Assembly: GCA_016177915.1 (NCBI GenBank)
Contig: JACOUI010000261.1
Location: forward strand, 4,924-68,923
Source of the DNA: Planctomycetia bacterium
GTDB lineage: Bacteria; Planctomycetota; Planctomycetia; Pirellulales; S012-138
Length of the DNA: 64,000 bases
Reading direction: 5' to 3'
Position numbers and translations under genes: made by a program. The notes beneath the pieces are model-generated. The model was not told the DNA's origin, did not search any database, and saw only the letters and a program-made list of their open reading frames with translations. Of the stretch, positions 9,224 to 17,647 are shown piece by piece (position 1 is the first letter of the stretch; every line of letters starts with the position of its first letter).

Positions 9224-9724
9224 ATGCAACAGGCGCTCTTCAGCTCTGTCCGCGACGACTGGGAAACGCCTCAGTTCCTCTTCGACGGCCTGAACGCTGA
9301 GTTTGGCTTCGACCTCGACGTTTGTGCCACCGCGGACAACGCCAAGTGTCGCCGGTTCTACACAAAGGCCGACGACGGCCTTGCCCAGCGTTGGGAAGGC
9401 GTCTGCTGGATGAATCCGCCGTACGGACGCGAAATCGAGAAGTGGGTCCGCAAGGCCTTCGAAGAATCGCAGCGTCACGCCGCCTTGGTCGTCTGCCTTC
9501 TACCGGCAAGAACCGACACGAGATGGTGGCACAAATACGTTCTCCGCGCCACTGAAATCCGCTACCTCCGTGGACGGCTCAAGTTTGCTGGCGCATGCAA
9601 TTCAGCGCCATTTCCGAGCGCCATTGTTGTTTTTCGGCCGCCCCGTTGCGGGTCCGTCTGCCTGATGGCCCCACAACACGCGCCGCAGTTTCCCGCCCCG
9701 GAATCCAAAAAACGCAGGAGGTAA
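9224..9724 (+). CDS. phage-type DNA N6-adenine methyltransferase (Dam family), orphan
   Basis: DWETPQFLFDGLNAEFGFDLDVCA...CWMNPPYGREIEKWVRKA...LLPARTDTRWWH pattern, typical of phage Dam (NPPY motif). No adjacent endonuclease. Confidence 0.8.
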   Translation: MQQALFSSVRDDWETPQFLFDGLNAEFGFDLDVCATADNAKCRRFYTKADDGLAQRWEGVCWMNPPYGREIEKWVRKAFEESQRHAALVVCLLPARTDTRWWHKYVLRATEIRYLRGRLKFAGACNSAPFPSAIVVFRPPRCGSVCLMAPQHAPQFPAPESKKRRR

Positions 9725-10081
9725 CAAAGGCCGCGACCGCCAGGAGCCGCGACAGCCTGACCCTGGCGGCGAAGCCGCGACAAACTTCCCAACCCTTTGC
9801 GACGCGATCTTTCCAAAGGAACGCCAGCTCCGTAGAATTGGAAGCAAGCACATGGCCGTCGCCCGCCACGGGTCCCGCTCTAGCAGCGGGGACCCGTGGT
9901 TGTCGGTTCGAGCCCTTGTCCCGCTGAGTCAAGCGAGCGAAAGGCGCAACTGGCGGTCATTGTGCAGAGCTTGGCTAGGCGGGCCCCGTGGCCTTACTTT
10001 GGGTCACGCGGGCCCGCAAGCCATTCTTGCCGCAGATTCCGCCCTCATCGCCGGAACAAACAGATCTACGTCAGAGGAACG

Positions 10082-10594
10082 ATGATCTCCATTCATGCCC
10101 CATGGACCGAGGTCGAGCCCCTTGTCGACCAGGCTCTCAAAGAACTGAGGAGCGATGTTCTGCTGTTTCAACTGCATGCTAACGAGCGATCGATCACACA
10201 TCGGCTCGCGCTTTACCTTGAGCAGCCCTTCTTAGGCTGGAACGTGGACTGCGAGTACAGTCGGATCGGCGAAGACCCCAGTGTGTATAAGAAGCTCGTC
10301 CTTCCCGAAGACGATCGCCTGACCCACTTCGACGCCGATGGAAGCCGAGTCTATCCTGACATTGTAATCCACAATCGTGGCCACAGCACGCCGAACGACA
10401 ATCTGCTCGTCATCGAGGTCAAGACGACCTGGAGTCAAGTCTCCGACCAGCAGGACTTTCGTAAACTGTCCGCATTCATCGGGGTTTATCCCGTCGACCA
10501 GCTTCTTCAATACCGATTCGGCTTGTTCCTGAGATTCGGAGAGGACGCGGCGGTAATCTCTCGCCGCCTGTTCGAGAACGAGGCTCGCAAGTAA
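10082..10594 (+). CDS. small PD-(D/E)xK nuclease-fold-like protein
   Basis: ATG 10082 after GAGGA. YPDIVIHNRG...NLLVIEVKTTW gives a D...E-x-K arrangement. Family not recognised. Confidence 0.45.
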   Translation: MISIHAPWTEVEPLVDQALKELRSDVLLFQLHANERSITHRLALYLEQPFLGWNVDCEYSRIGEDPSVYKKLVLPEDDRLTHFDADGSRVYPDIVIHNRGHSTPNDNLLVIEVKTTWSQVSDQQDFRKLSAFIGVYPVDQLLQYRFGLFLRFGEDAAVISRRLFENEARK

Positions 10595-10682
10595 CCGCCG
10601 CCAGCAGCCGGATTGTCTTCATCTGCGTTTCGGAGAACCGTTCGCCATCTACCGATCCGGCCAATACGAACGGCCGGCTCGT

Positions 10683-13193
10683 TCAACTACGCCGCACGCC
10701 CGCAAGGCGCTCCGTGTACTCTCCACTGAGCTGCTTCGGGCTCAGTCGAAACCCCTCAAGCGCAGAGACGATGCTGCCCGTCTCAGCCAGGAGGTGAGGC
10801 GCTTGTACCATTCTGATGTAGAAGTTCTCGACCTTCTCCAGCAAACTCCGCATCCCGACAGGAGTGAGAACGCGAGTCCCGTTGGGGAAGTCGGAGAGCC
10901 TGTCCGCGTTCGCCTTCTTCGCGATAACGAGCGGCAAAGGTGCGCTCCTCGTTGGGTAGGCGCGTTTGAACCACTGAAGACTGAGCAACAACTGGCCAGC
11001 GTCCTTCTTGTGGAGACGCTCCTGATTTCCATTCTTGGCCTCGATCAAGATGCTAAAATCCGACCACAGCCATAGGTCATCGGGGCCCTCGCCGAGTTCT
11101 TCCTCCGGACGCGAGCCTTCCGCCCCAAGCAAGGGAGCCAACTCCAGCAGGGCGTGCTCTACGACTTTCGGATCGGCGTCGTACGACAGCCGAGCCCTAA
11201 GGTCCTGCACTGCAGCGATCGCTCCATTGGGGTTCTCAAACTGTCGGAACCACCCCAGGATTACGGCTCCGAGATCCGAGCCACTGTGAACGCGCGGGCG
11301 CTTGGCCGCAGTCGGCGGACAGAACAGAGTATGGTCCATGTCGTAAGCCGACCGTTGGATTTCAATTGCCTTCCCTGCGTCAAAATCGTGTGTGTAGTTC
11401 GCCACCACCTGCAGAAACGGAGCGCGGTCCTCCTGGTCGCGGAGAGTCAAATCAAGCGCCCTCTCAAGTTGTACAGCCGCCGCTCGCGGGTTTTTCCCGA
11501 TTGCAGAGAGAAAAGAGTCGCGCAAGGCGGTAGCCATCGCCAGTGATTCACGTCCGTCACTCGCGGCTGGAGGATGTTCCACTTCCCGTACGTTTTCTCG
11601 GTAAAAGTCCTTCCAGCCGGAATCTCGACTTAGACACTGTTGCACCATGCTCATAAATGCCTTTTCAGGCTCGTCTTCCTCCATTGCCAGCTTGGCAAGG
11701 TCCACCGCCAGCTTCAGTTGTGCACGAGTGTCTGGGTTCATCGCAGACAACACCTGCGTCCGCGCAATGAAGTTCGCCAAGTTGGGCCCGGCGAGGATGA
11801 TTACCGCGTAGTCCACATGCGATCGAACCGCACGCCCCATTCCCTGCTCGATCCTGTGCACCAACCGGCGTCGCACGGAATCACTCAGACTCGCATCATA
11901 GGCGTCCGTGATGTTCTCCCCGGAGGGGAGACCGTCGAGCACAAGTACGCGACAGGCGTCGTCAGGTAGGTCGACACCGTCGTACCGTTGCGCGAAGACG
12001 ACGAAATTCCCACACCTCTCCCGTCGAAGCCGGTGAACTGCCTCCGCTACATCGTCTCCCTTCACGAAGTCCGCGCCAGCGTCTTTCCACGTCTGCGCGG
12101 CCAACTCGCTTGGCGACAAGACCACCACGTTGACCTTCTTCGAAAGCTCTTTACATTTCCCCGCCAGCCACTCGCGGCCTAGCCTGGGGTCGATCAGGGA
12201 GGGAGGCAGCACCATTCGCTCGCCAAGACCCCTGTCGGCTGCTGGCCGGATCGGCTTTGAAACCGCCTCAGCGCAGCAGCCGAGGTCGCGGACCAAAGCA
12301 GAGTCATCCACAAGAGTCGCGGACATGAACAACCGGTGAGGGCATCGCTCGAATGCGCGACACTTCTCCACTGGGATAATCAAGGGCACGATCTCAATGC
12401 CAGCAGCCGACGCGATGCATCGACACCAACGCAGAATGCCCCGCACAAGTGGCCAGGCAAACCAATTGCTCTCACCCTCGTCGGGGCTCGAAATGATCCG
12501 CTCGGCCTCCGGCAAGATTGACGCCCACACCCAGTAAGGGACCTCGATCGATGCGTGCGGGGCGCCTTCTCGAATCTCCGACCATCTGCCGGGATACTGT
12601 TGCGCGCACGCGGGCTCTAGGAGGTTCAGGAGTCCTGCACACTCTGAACTCTCCGCTCGATACGACAATCGGAAGTTGTCGCGGATCTTGTCGATGCCGG
12701 TGTGTGCATCGTCGAGCACGATGGCACGGGGTCGCAACTGAACGTCCGACCGGTCGAACGTGCTACGCCCGTTGAAAAGCTTGTCGTAGGTGCACACGAT
12801 AATAGCACTGGCGGTCGTGCCATCGATAGGCGGGACCGACATGCCCGCAGGGTATTCGACCGTGGACAACCCGATGCGGTTCGCCTCCTCGCGCACCTGA
12901 CCTACGAGCTGCACAGTCGGACAGAGGTACACGGCGGGCTCTGCCGTTTGCTGCATGTGCGATTGCAGATAGATGAGCCCAAGGGCCGTCTTTCCGGTCC
13001 CCGTGCTTACCTTCAGAATGAGGTCCCGCTCATTTAGACGAACAGATAATGATTCCAGAGTTTGTCGCTGCGCCGGACGTAACTCCGTATGCGATGTGTG
13101 CCTGTCGCGCGACTCGAACAGCGCGACCAGATCCTTCGCGTCAACCGTGCGGGCCTCCTTGACCAATTTTCTGAATTTGACCATTTTACCCAA
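10683..13193 (-). CDS. SF2 (DinG/XPD-like) helicase fused to a C-terminal PD-(D/E)xK-like domain
   Basis: Motif I KVSTGTGKT, Ia CPTVQLVGQ, II VLDDAH. DinG-like HD2 block FAQRYDGVDLPDDACRVLVLDGLP...RIEQGMGRAVRSHVDYAVIIL. C-terminus GPDDLWLWSDFSILIEAKNG...KKDAGQL. Confidence 0.8.
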   Translation of the reverse strand: MGKMVKFRKLVKEARTVDAKDLVALFESRDRHTSHTELRPAQRQTLESLSVRLNERDLILKVSTGTGKTALGLIYLQSHMQQTAEPAVYLCPTVQLVGQVREEANRIGLSTVEYPAGMSVPPIDGTTASAIIVCTYDKLFNGRSTFDRSDVQLRPRAIVLDDAHTGIDKIRDNFRLSYRAESSECAGLLNLLEPACAQQYPGRWSEIREGAPHASIEVPYWVWASILPEAERIISSPDEGESNWFAWPLVRGILRWCRCIASAAGIEIVPLIIPVEKCRAFERCPHRLFMSATLVDDSALVRDLGCCAEAVSKPIRPAADRGLGERMVLPPSLIDPRLGREWLAGKCKELSKKVNVVVLSPSELAAQTWKDAGADFVKGDDVAEAVHRLRRERCGNFVVFAQRYDGVDLPDDACRVLVLDGLPSGENITDAYDASLSDSVRRRLVHRIEQGMGRAVRSHVDYAVIILAGPNLANFIARTQVLSAMNPDTRAQLKLAVDLAKLAMEEDEPEKAFMSMVQQCLSRDSGWKDFYRENVREVEHPPAASDGRESLAMATALRDSFLSAIGKNPRAAAVQLERALDLTLRDQEDRAPFLQVVANYTHDFDAGKAIEIQRSAYDMDHTLFCPPTAAKRPRVHSGSDLGAVILGWFRQFENPNGAIAAVQDLRARLSYDADPKVVEHALLELAPLLGAEGSRPEEELGEGPDDLWLWSDFSILIEAKNGNQERLHKKDAGQLLLSLQWFKRAYPTRSAPLPLVIAKKANADRLSDFPNGTRVLTPVGMRSLLEKVENFYIRMVQAPHLLAETGSIVSALEGFRLSPKQLSGEYTERLAGVRRS

Positions 13194-13845
13194 CTTCCGA
13201 AGTGTTGAGCGACTGAGGCGGCAGCCGTGAATCTGGCTTTCCAGCGGTCAGACCCGGAGGGGGGTCCCAAACTCCCGCTCGACAGTTCGGTCACTGTCTT
13301 GGTGCCGCAGAAGCTGTTCCTTGTCGATCCTTTAAGAGACACCGCGCGAAGCGACAGGTTCCACCTCTGTTTGCCACACACATCGTGCGCCACGCCTTGA
13401 CTCGGCACAAGTGGAGCGTCGACTGGACCAAAGCATCGACGAAAAAACGGCAGACATCCCCCCATCTCGCTCGCCGGGCATCGCGCGCCGCACCATCCAC
13501 ACGATGTCGTCGTCGGAGACCCCTGCGGAGCGCTTATTGACGGACGTCGCCGTCGCGACGATCGTCCGGTTCAACTGCCCAAGTAGCTACGTTCCGGCAC
13601 TTCCCGAAGCCCGTCATGCTATGCTCAATACGTGCCGCGGCGCTGAGCGAAGGCGTTGGCGACAACCACTGCTCGGTTCTCGCGCGGTCGCGAATCGTGA
13701 CCTTGGAGGGAAGGCCACCTTGCTCAGCACGCCAGGCGGCAGGTCGTGTGGCCAGGGCTTCCCCACGTGGGGGCGGCCCGGCGCGCCTTAGAGCCGCCGC
13801 ACAGGTACCTGGGCCGCCTGCGCGGCACACGATACTCGGCTTGCT

Positions 13846-14064
13846 CTACTTCCCCCGCGTCTGCCGCCGCTCGACGCGGGCCACCAATTCGGCAGCCGAA
13901 ATCCCCATCGCCCGGCAAAGCCGGAAAAGCACCTCCAACGTCGGCGACTTCTTGTCGTTTTCCAAGTGGCTGATGTAGGTCCGATCCAACCCGGCATGGA
14001 ACGCCAGCTTTTCCTGGGTCAATCGAGCGGCTAACCGGGCCTTGCGTAATTCGTCGCCGAGCAT
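13846..14064 (-). CDS. XRE-family HTH transcriptional regulator
   Basis: [49 protein letters not shown], the canonical Cro/C1 HTH. Confidence 0.8.
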   Translation of the reverse strand: MLGDELRKARLAARLTQEKLAFHAGLDRTYISHLENDKKSPTLEVLFRLCRAMGISAAELVARVERRQTRGK

Positions 14065-14201
14065 GGCGACAAACTAGGCCCCAGCCCCTTGCGTGTCTGT
14101 GGACTATAGTCTACAACGACCTGCAACACCCCGACTGCCATCGACTCCTGAGCCACCCAATGCCACGAGTCTGCCAACCGCCCGCCCGTCCCTCAGGTGC
14201 A

Positions 14202-14465
14202 CTAGCTCTTTCGCCCGCCCCCCTTCCCCAACCGGCGCTCGTACTCCCCCACGAACGCCGGCAGCGTGGTTCCCAAGGCGTGGCAGATCCCCCGCAACTG
14301 CACCAGGTCCAGCCGCGTCTCGCCCCGCTCCCACTTGCTCACTTCCGACTGCGTTCGGCCCAGCGCCTTGGCCAGTTCCGCCTGCGTCTTTTTCGCCGCC
14401 AGCCGCGTGTCGCGCAGCACCGCCAGGAGTACCCGTTGTTCCGCCGTGTAGATCGACTTTCCCAT
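14202..14465 (-). CDS. XRE-family HTH transcriptional regulator
   Basis: Internal ATG at 14465 gives MGKSIYTAEQRVLLAVLRDTRLAAKKTQAELAKALGRTQSEVSKWERGETRLDLVQL. The longer ORF start (14633) is not credible. Confidence 0.75.
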   Translation of the reverse strand: MGKSIYTAEQRVLLAVLRDTRLAAKKTQAELAKALGRTQSEVSKWERGETRLDLVQLRGICHALGTTLPAFVGEYERRLGKGGGRKS

Positions 14466-14610
14466 CGCCGGCCCTTGCCTTTTGGCCGGGCAGCGTATAT
14501 TCTCGCTGTGAATAGTCAGACATTGACTTACACGAACCGATGCCAACCCGCTTCCGCAGAAACCCAACGGCCAGGGAGAGAAGAAGGAGGACGATCCTTG
14601 ACGGCCTTCC

Positions 14611-15204
14611 ATGACCCCGGTCACGTCGCGCAACTTCGGCCTGCTGGTGGCCTACGTGCTACCCGGCTTCGTGCTGCTGGCCGGCCTGAGCCTGCGGGTC
14701 GAGCCGATCCGCTCGTGGCTGGGCGCTGCGCCGCTGGAAGCGCCGACGGTGGGCGGCTTCCTCTATTCCACGCTGGCGTCGGTCATGGCCGGCATGGCTC
14801 TCAATACCCTTCGCTGGCTGCTCATCGATCCGATTCACCACCACACCGGGGTGCCGCGCCCCCAATGGGATTTTTCCCGGCTGCAACGACACCATGCTGC
14901 CTTCGAGACCTTGGTGGACTGGCACTTTCGCTATGCCCAGTATTACTCCAACTCTCTCTTGGCGTTCCTGCTTCTGCTACCCGTCACAAACGACTTAGCG
15001 GCGCTACTGCATCTTCCCGCCACACTCGTCGCCTTCGCGCTGCTCACAATGGCAGCGATTTTCTTCCTCGCGTCGCGCGACGCGCTGCGCAAGTACTACC
15101 AGCGGACCAGCGACCTGCTGGCCCGCACTGTCCCCTACCCCGAAAGGAAGCCCTATGACCAACGGATGCCATCCCAAGCCGGCCGCCAACACGACCCGCT
15201 CTAA
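14611..15204 (+). CDS. hypothetical multi-pass membrane protein
   Basis: Hydrophobic segments (GLLVAYVLPGFVLLAGL, FLYSTLASVMAGMAL, LLAFLLLLPV, LVAFALLTMAAIFFLA). Divergent from the XRE gene. Confidence 0.55.
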   Translation: MTPVTSRNFGLLVAYVLPGFVLLAGLSLRVEPIRSWLGAAPLEAPTVGGFLYSTLASVMAGMALNTLRWLLIDPIHHHTGVPRPQWDFSRLQRHHAAFETLVDWHFRYAQYYSNSLLAFLLLLPVTNDLAALLHLPATLVAFALLTMAAIFFLASRDALRKYYQRTSDLLARTVPYPERKPYDQRMPSQAGRQHDPL

Positions 15205-15418
15205 GGCCAAGATGGCCTCGGAGGCGAAAGACCGCCCGGCCACGCAATCGACATCCAGCAATGGAGGTCGCAAGCCCGTCGTCCGCTCAACGGAGGCGTC
15301 GGACTCGGTTCCGGACACGGCCGACCGGAAACAGGGCTGATCGCTCCGGCCAATCGACAGCCGACGTTCCGCGCCAATCGACTTGCCACACTTCCGACGG
15401 TTGTGGCACCCTTGAAGC

Positions 15419-15700
15419 ATGACCGACGACGAGCAGCCGGACCTGTCGAACCAGCCGGCGACGAAGGCGGACCTACAAGCGCTCCGCGTGCAGCTCGAAA
15501 AGAGCACCGACGAGCGGCTCCGCCGTTTTCGCGACGAGATCAAGTACCACTTCGACGCGGCTGTGGAGAACATCCACAAGGACCTGGCCGGCGCCAACAA
15601 GGACGAGGTTTCGAGTCTCAAGGACGTCGGCCAGCGGCTTCACGACCGCGTGGCGCTCGTCGAGCGGCAGCTTGGCCTGGAACCGCCGCCGGCACCCTAG
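15419..15700 (+). CDS. hypothetical coiled-coil protein
   Basis: 93-aa ORF with heptad-like charged sequence (DLQALRVQLEKSTDERLRRFRDEIKYHFD...). No family recognised. Confidence 0.4.
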   Translation: MTDDEQPDLSNQPATKADLQALRVQLEKSTDERLRRFRDEIKYHFDAAVENIHKDLAGANKDEVSSLKDVGQRLHDRVALVERQLGLEPPPAP

Positions 15701-15779
15701 AGGCCACCCCTCCGAACGACAGTCGTCAAACACCAATGCGCCCGGACGACAGAAAAGCTGAATCCGTGACCAGTTTCTC

Positions 15780-16238
15780 TCAGTCAATGTAGTCATCCAC
15801 CGGCACCGGACGACCATCACTGTAGGCTGCCAGACGCTGCACGGGCTTACTGACACGATACCTCTTCTCCCGAACGACCCGTCGACCCCCGCACCACAAC
15901 ACTTCCTCCTTAATCACCTCTTCGTACACGTAGAGAGTCTCCAGCTCAACAATCGCGCCAGGATAGTCGCGGTGGAGCCCGGCCAAGTCGATCCAGCCAA
16001 CATGTGTATCTCGCTTCAAATCATCCCTGAAGACGATGTAGTGTTTTTCCCCACCTTCGAAGCTCAACGGTCGGGGGGCAAGTCGAGGCAAATAGAGCGG
16101 CTGCGCCCAATCACTCGCGCCTTCGCGAAAGCGCCATAGCCACGTATGGCGACCCGAACTGTTGCGAACGCGAATCTCCTCCGCCTGAGCTTGAAGTCCA
16201 ACGAGAGCAACAACTAACAGCCAATACGCGACGCGCAT
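15780..16238 (-). CDS. hypothetical secreted protein
   Basis: N-terminal signal-peptide-like MRVAYWLLVVALVGLQAQAEE. Lies in a visibly more AT-rich stretch. Confidence 0.55.
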   Translation of the reverse strand: MRVAYWLLVVALVGLQAQAEEIRVRNSSGRHTWLWRFREGASDWAQPLYLPRLAPRPLSFEGGEKHYIVFRDDLKRDTHVGWIDLAGLHRDYPGAIVELETLYVYEEVIKEEVLWCGGRRVVREKRYRVSKPVQRLAAYSDGRPVPVDDYID

Positions 16239-16313
16239 ACGTGTCTCCTAGCCGCCAAGTTCACAGATCGATGTCCGCCTGGACGCAATGCCACGCGGGA
16301 CTGCGGCCACGCT

Positions 16314-17282
16314 TCAATCAAGCACAGCCTCGAAATTGCCGTCCTCCGTCTGTCGTATCGTCAGTTTCGTTTCGCGGGTTTGAAACAGGTTCCTACACGC
16401 CCATGGCCTGAGACAATGGTTCTTGCCTGTGGAATCCCTGACGAAGAAGCAATACCAACCGGTGCCGGTTTCAAACTGATAGGGCGTGTATTCGTCGCTC
16501 ACGTCCAGTGGAAAATCGAGCCAGGGAGAACCACCCTTGATTTCGCCGCGGACAATCTTGTAATGACGACTGCAGTCGAAAAGAAGCAGGCGAAGATTGT
16601 CATCACATAAGTTGCGATAGAAAAGCGTAACCTCCGAGGGCGACACCGCTGGTTCACGTGATACTTGCTCTTCGGTTGGCAGGTCGGTAAGTGCGGATAG
16701 GTGGGGAAAATCTTCCGGCCTGAGGGGTGGTAGTGATTCGCTTTTCACCACCGCCAAGCGAACGATGCTGTTCTCAATGTAAAAGGGCGGTTTCGATTTG
16801 AGCCGGAATCCGGGACACTTGAGTGTAACGTCGTCCAACTGCGTCACATGGCTAGGTAATTCGACCGTCACCTCGCCGTTGCTGCTCTCCTTCGAAATAG
16901 ACTCGCCCTGTTGGGGGTGGATGATCACAGAGAACCTCTGATTGAGCACAACGCCTTGGTGCATGAGAAAGATGCGCACGGCTGTCGCATCAGGCTTTGG
17001 AAAGCACACGTAAAACAGCACGAAGGTAATGACGAACGATGCCCCCGCGCCCCTAATGTTGAAATGAACGCCAAGGAGCGTTCCCTTTGCAGTTGCCTTG
17101 GACCACGCGATGAGCAATAGCGTTACGAACGCAGCGAGGGCCACTTGGATTGTGAGCTTTCCAACGGGCGCAAGTGAACGTCCCCAGAAAAAGGCAGCGG
17201 GAACTGACGCGGCGACAACGACCGCCAGAAGTACGACCAGCAACTTTGGGGGGCGGTCCCGATAGTCTACGAGCGTTGCCAT
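16314..17282 (-). CDS. hypothetical membrane protein (N-terminal TM bundle + unknown soluble domain)
   Basis: Three or four hydrophobic helices in the first ~100 aa, then ~220 aa with no recognisable motifs. AT-richer than the surroundings. Confidence 0.6.
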   Translation of the reverse strand: MATLVDYRDRPPKLLVVLLAVVVAASVPAAFFWGRSLAPVGKLTIQVALAAFVTLLLIAWSKATAKGTLLGVHFNIRGAGASFVITFVLFYVCFPKPDATAVRIFLMHQGVVLNQRFSVIIHPQQGESISKESSNGEVTVELPSHVTQLDDVTLKCPGFRLKSKPPFYIENSIVRLAVVKSESLPPLRPEDFPHLSALTDLPTEEQVSREPAVSPSEVTLFYRNLCDDNLRLLLFDCSRHYKIVRGEIKGGSPWLDFPLDVSDEYTPYQFETGTGWYCFFVRDSTGKNHCLRPWACRNLFQTRETKLTIRQTEDGNFEAVLD

Positions 17283-17647
17283 GGCAGAAACTCGTGAATG
17301 GGATGAGCCGCGCGCACGCAGCCACCCTCGTGCCGAATGGAAAGTGGGTGTTGATTATCAGGATCGCCACGGAATTGTCAATAGCGCGGGGGAGCAATCA
17401 CGCCCGTAACACGTGTTCTCAGTGTGTGGGCGTGGTTCCGGCTCCGCTCGGGCAGTGGCTGCTGGCTCGCGGCCCCTGTAGTCGCGCAGGTGCGCCTGGC
17501 GTAGTTGCTCGCACGTCGCAGCCGCTCCCTGAGGAGTTCGTTGAGGAAAGCGCCCGCCACCTGTTGGAATCAACATGTCGGCGCTCGCGACGTTCGCAAG
17601 TCTTGGAGCGCGCGGAAACCCATGCCAATGCGGGACCGCAGGAAGCC

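Noticed and set aside
8819-9478. 219-aa minus-strand ORF spanning the xis-dam intergenic region and the dam 5' half
   Set aside because: It overlaps the well-supported Dam gene in antisense and has no motifs.
9866-9935. 13-bp-stem hairpin (CCACGGGTCCCGC...GCGGGGACCCGTGG) followed by GGTTCGAGCCC, considered as a tRNA remnant or secondary att site, or as the dam terminator
   Set aside because: The T-arm-like stretch does not base-pair properly (GTCGG vs CCTTG) and no acceptor stem is present. No T run follows the hairpin, so neither call is supportable.
15155-15340. 61-aa ORF (or 42-aa from ATG 15212) after the membrane protein gene
   Set aside because: The product is short, disordered and Ser/Thr/Ala/Lys-rich, and no ribosome-binding signal was noticed.
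15401-15418. TGGCAC-N5-AAGC with correct GG/GC spacing, considered as a second sigma-54 promoter
   Set aside because: The -12 element is poor (AAGC) and the motif ends at the ATG of the 15419 ORF, leaving no room for a transcript start and leader.
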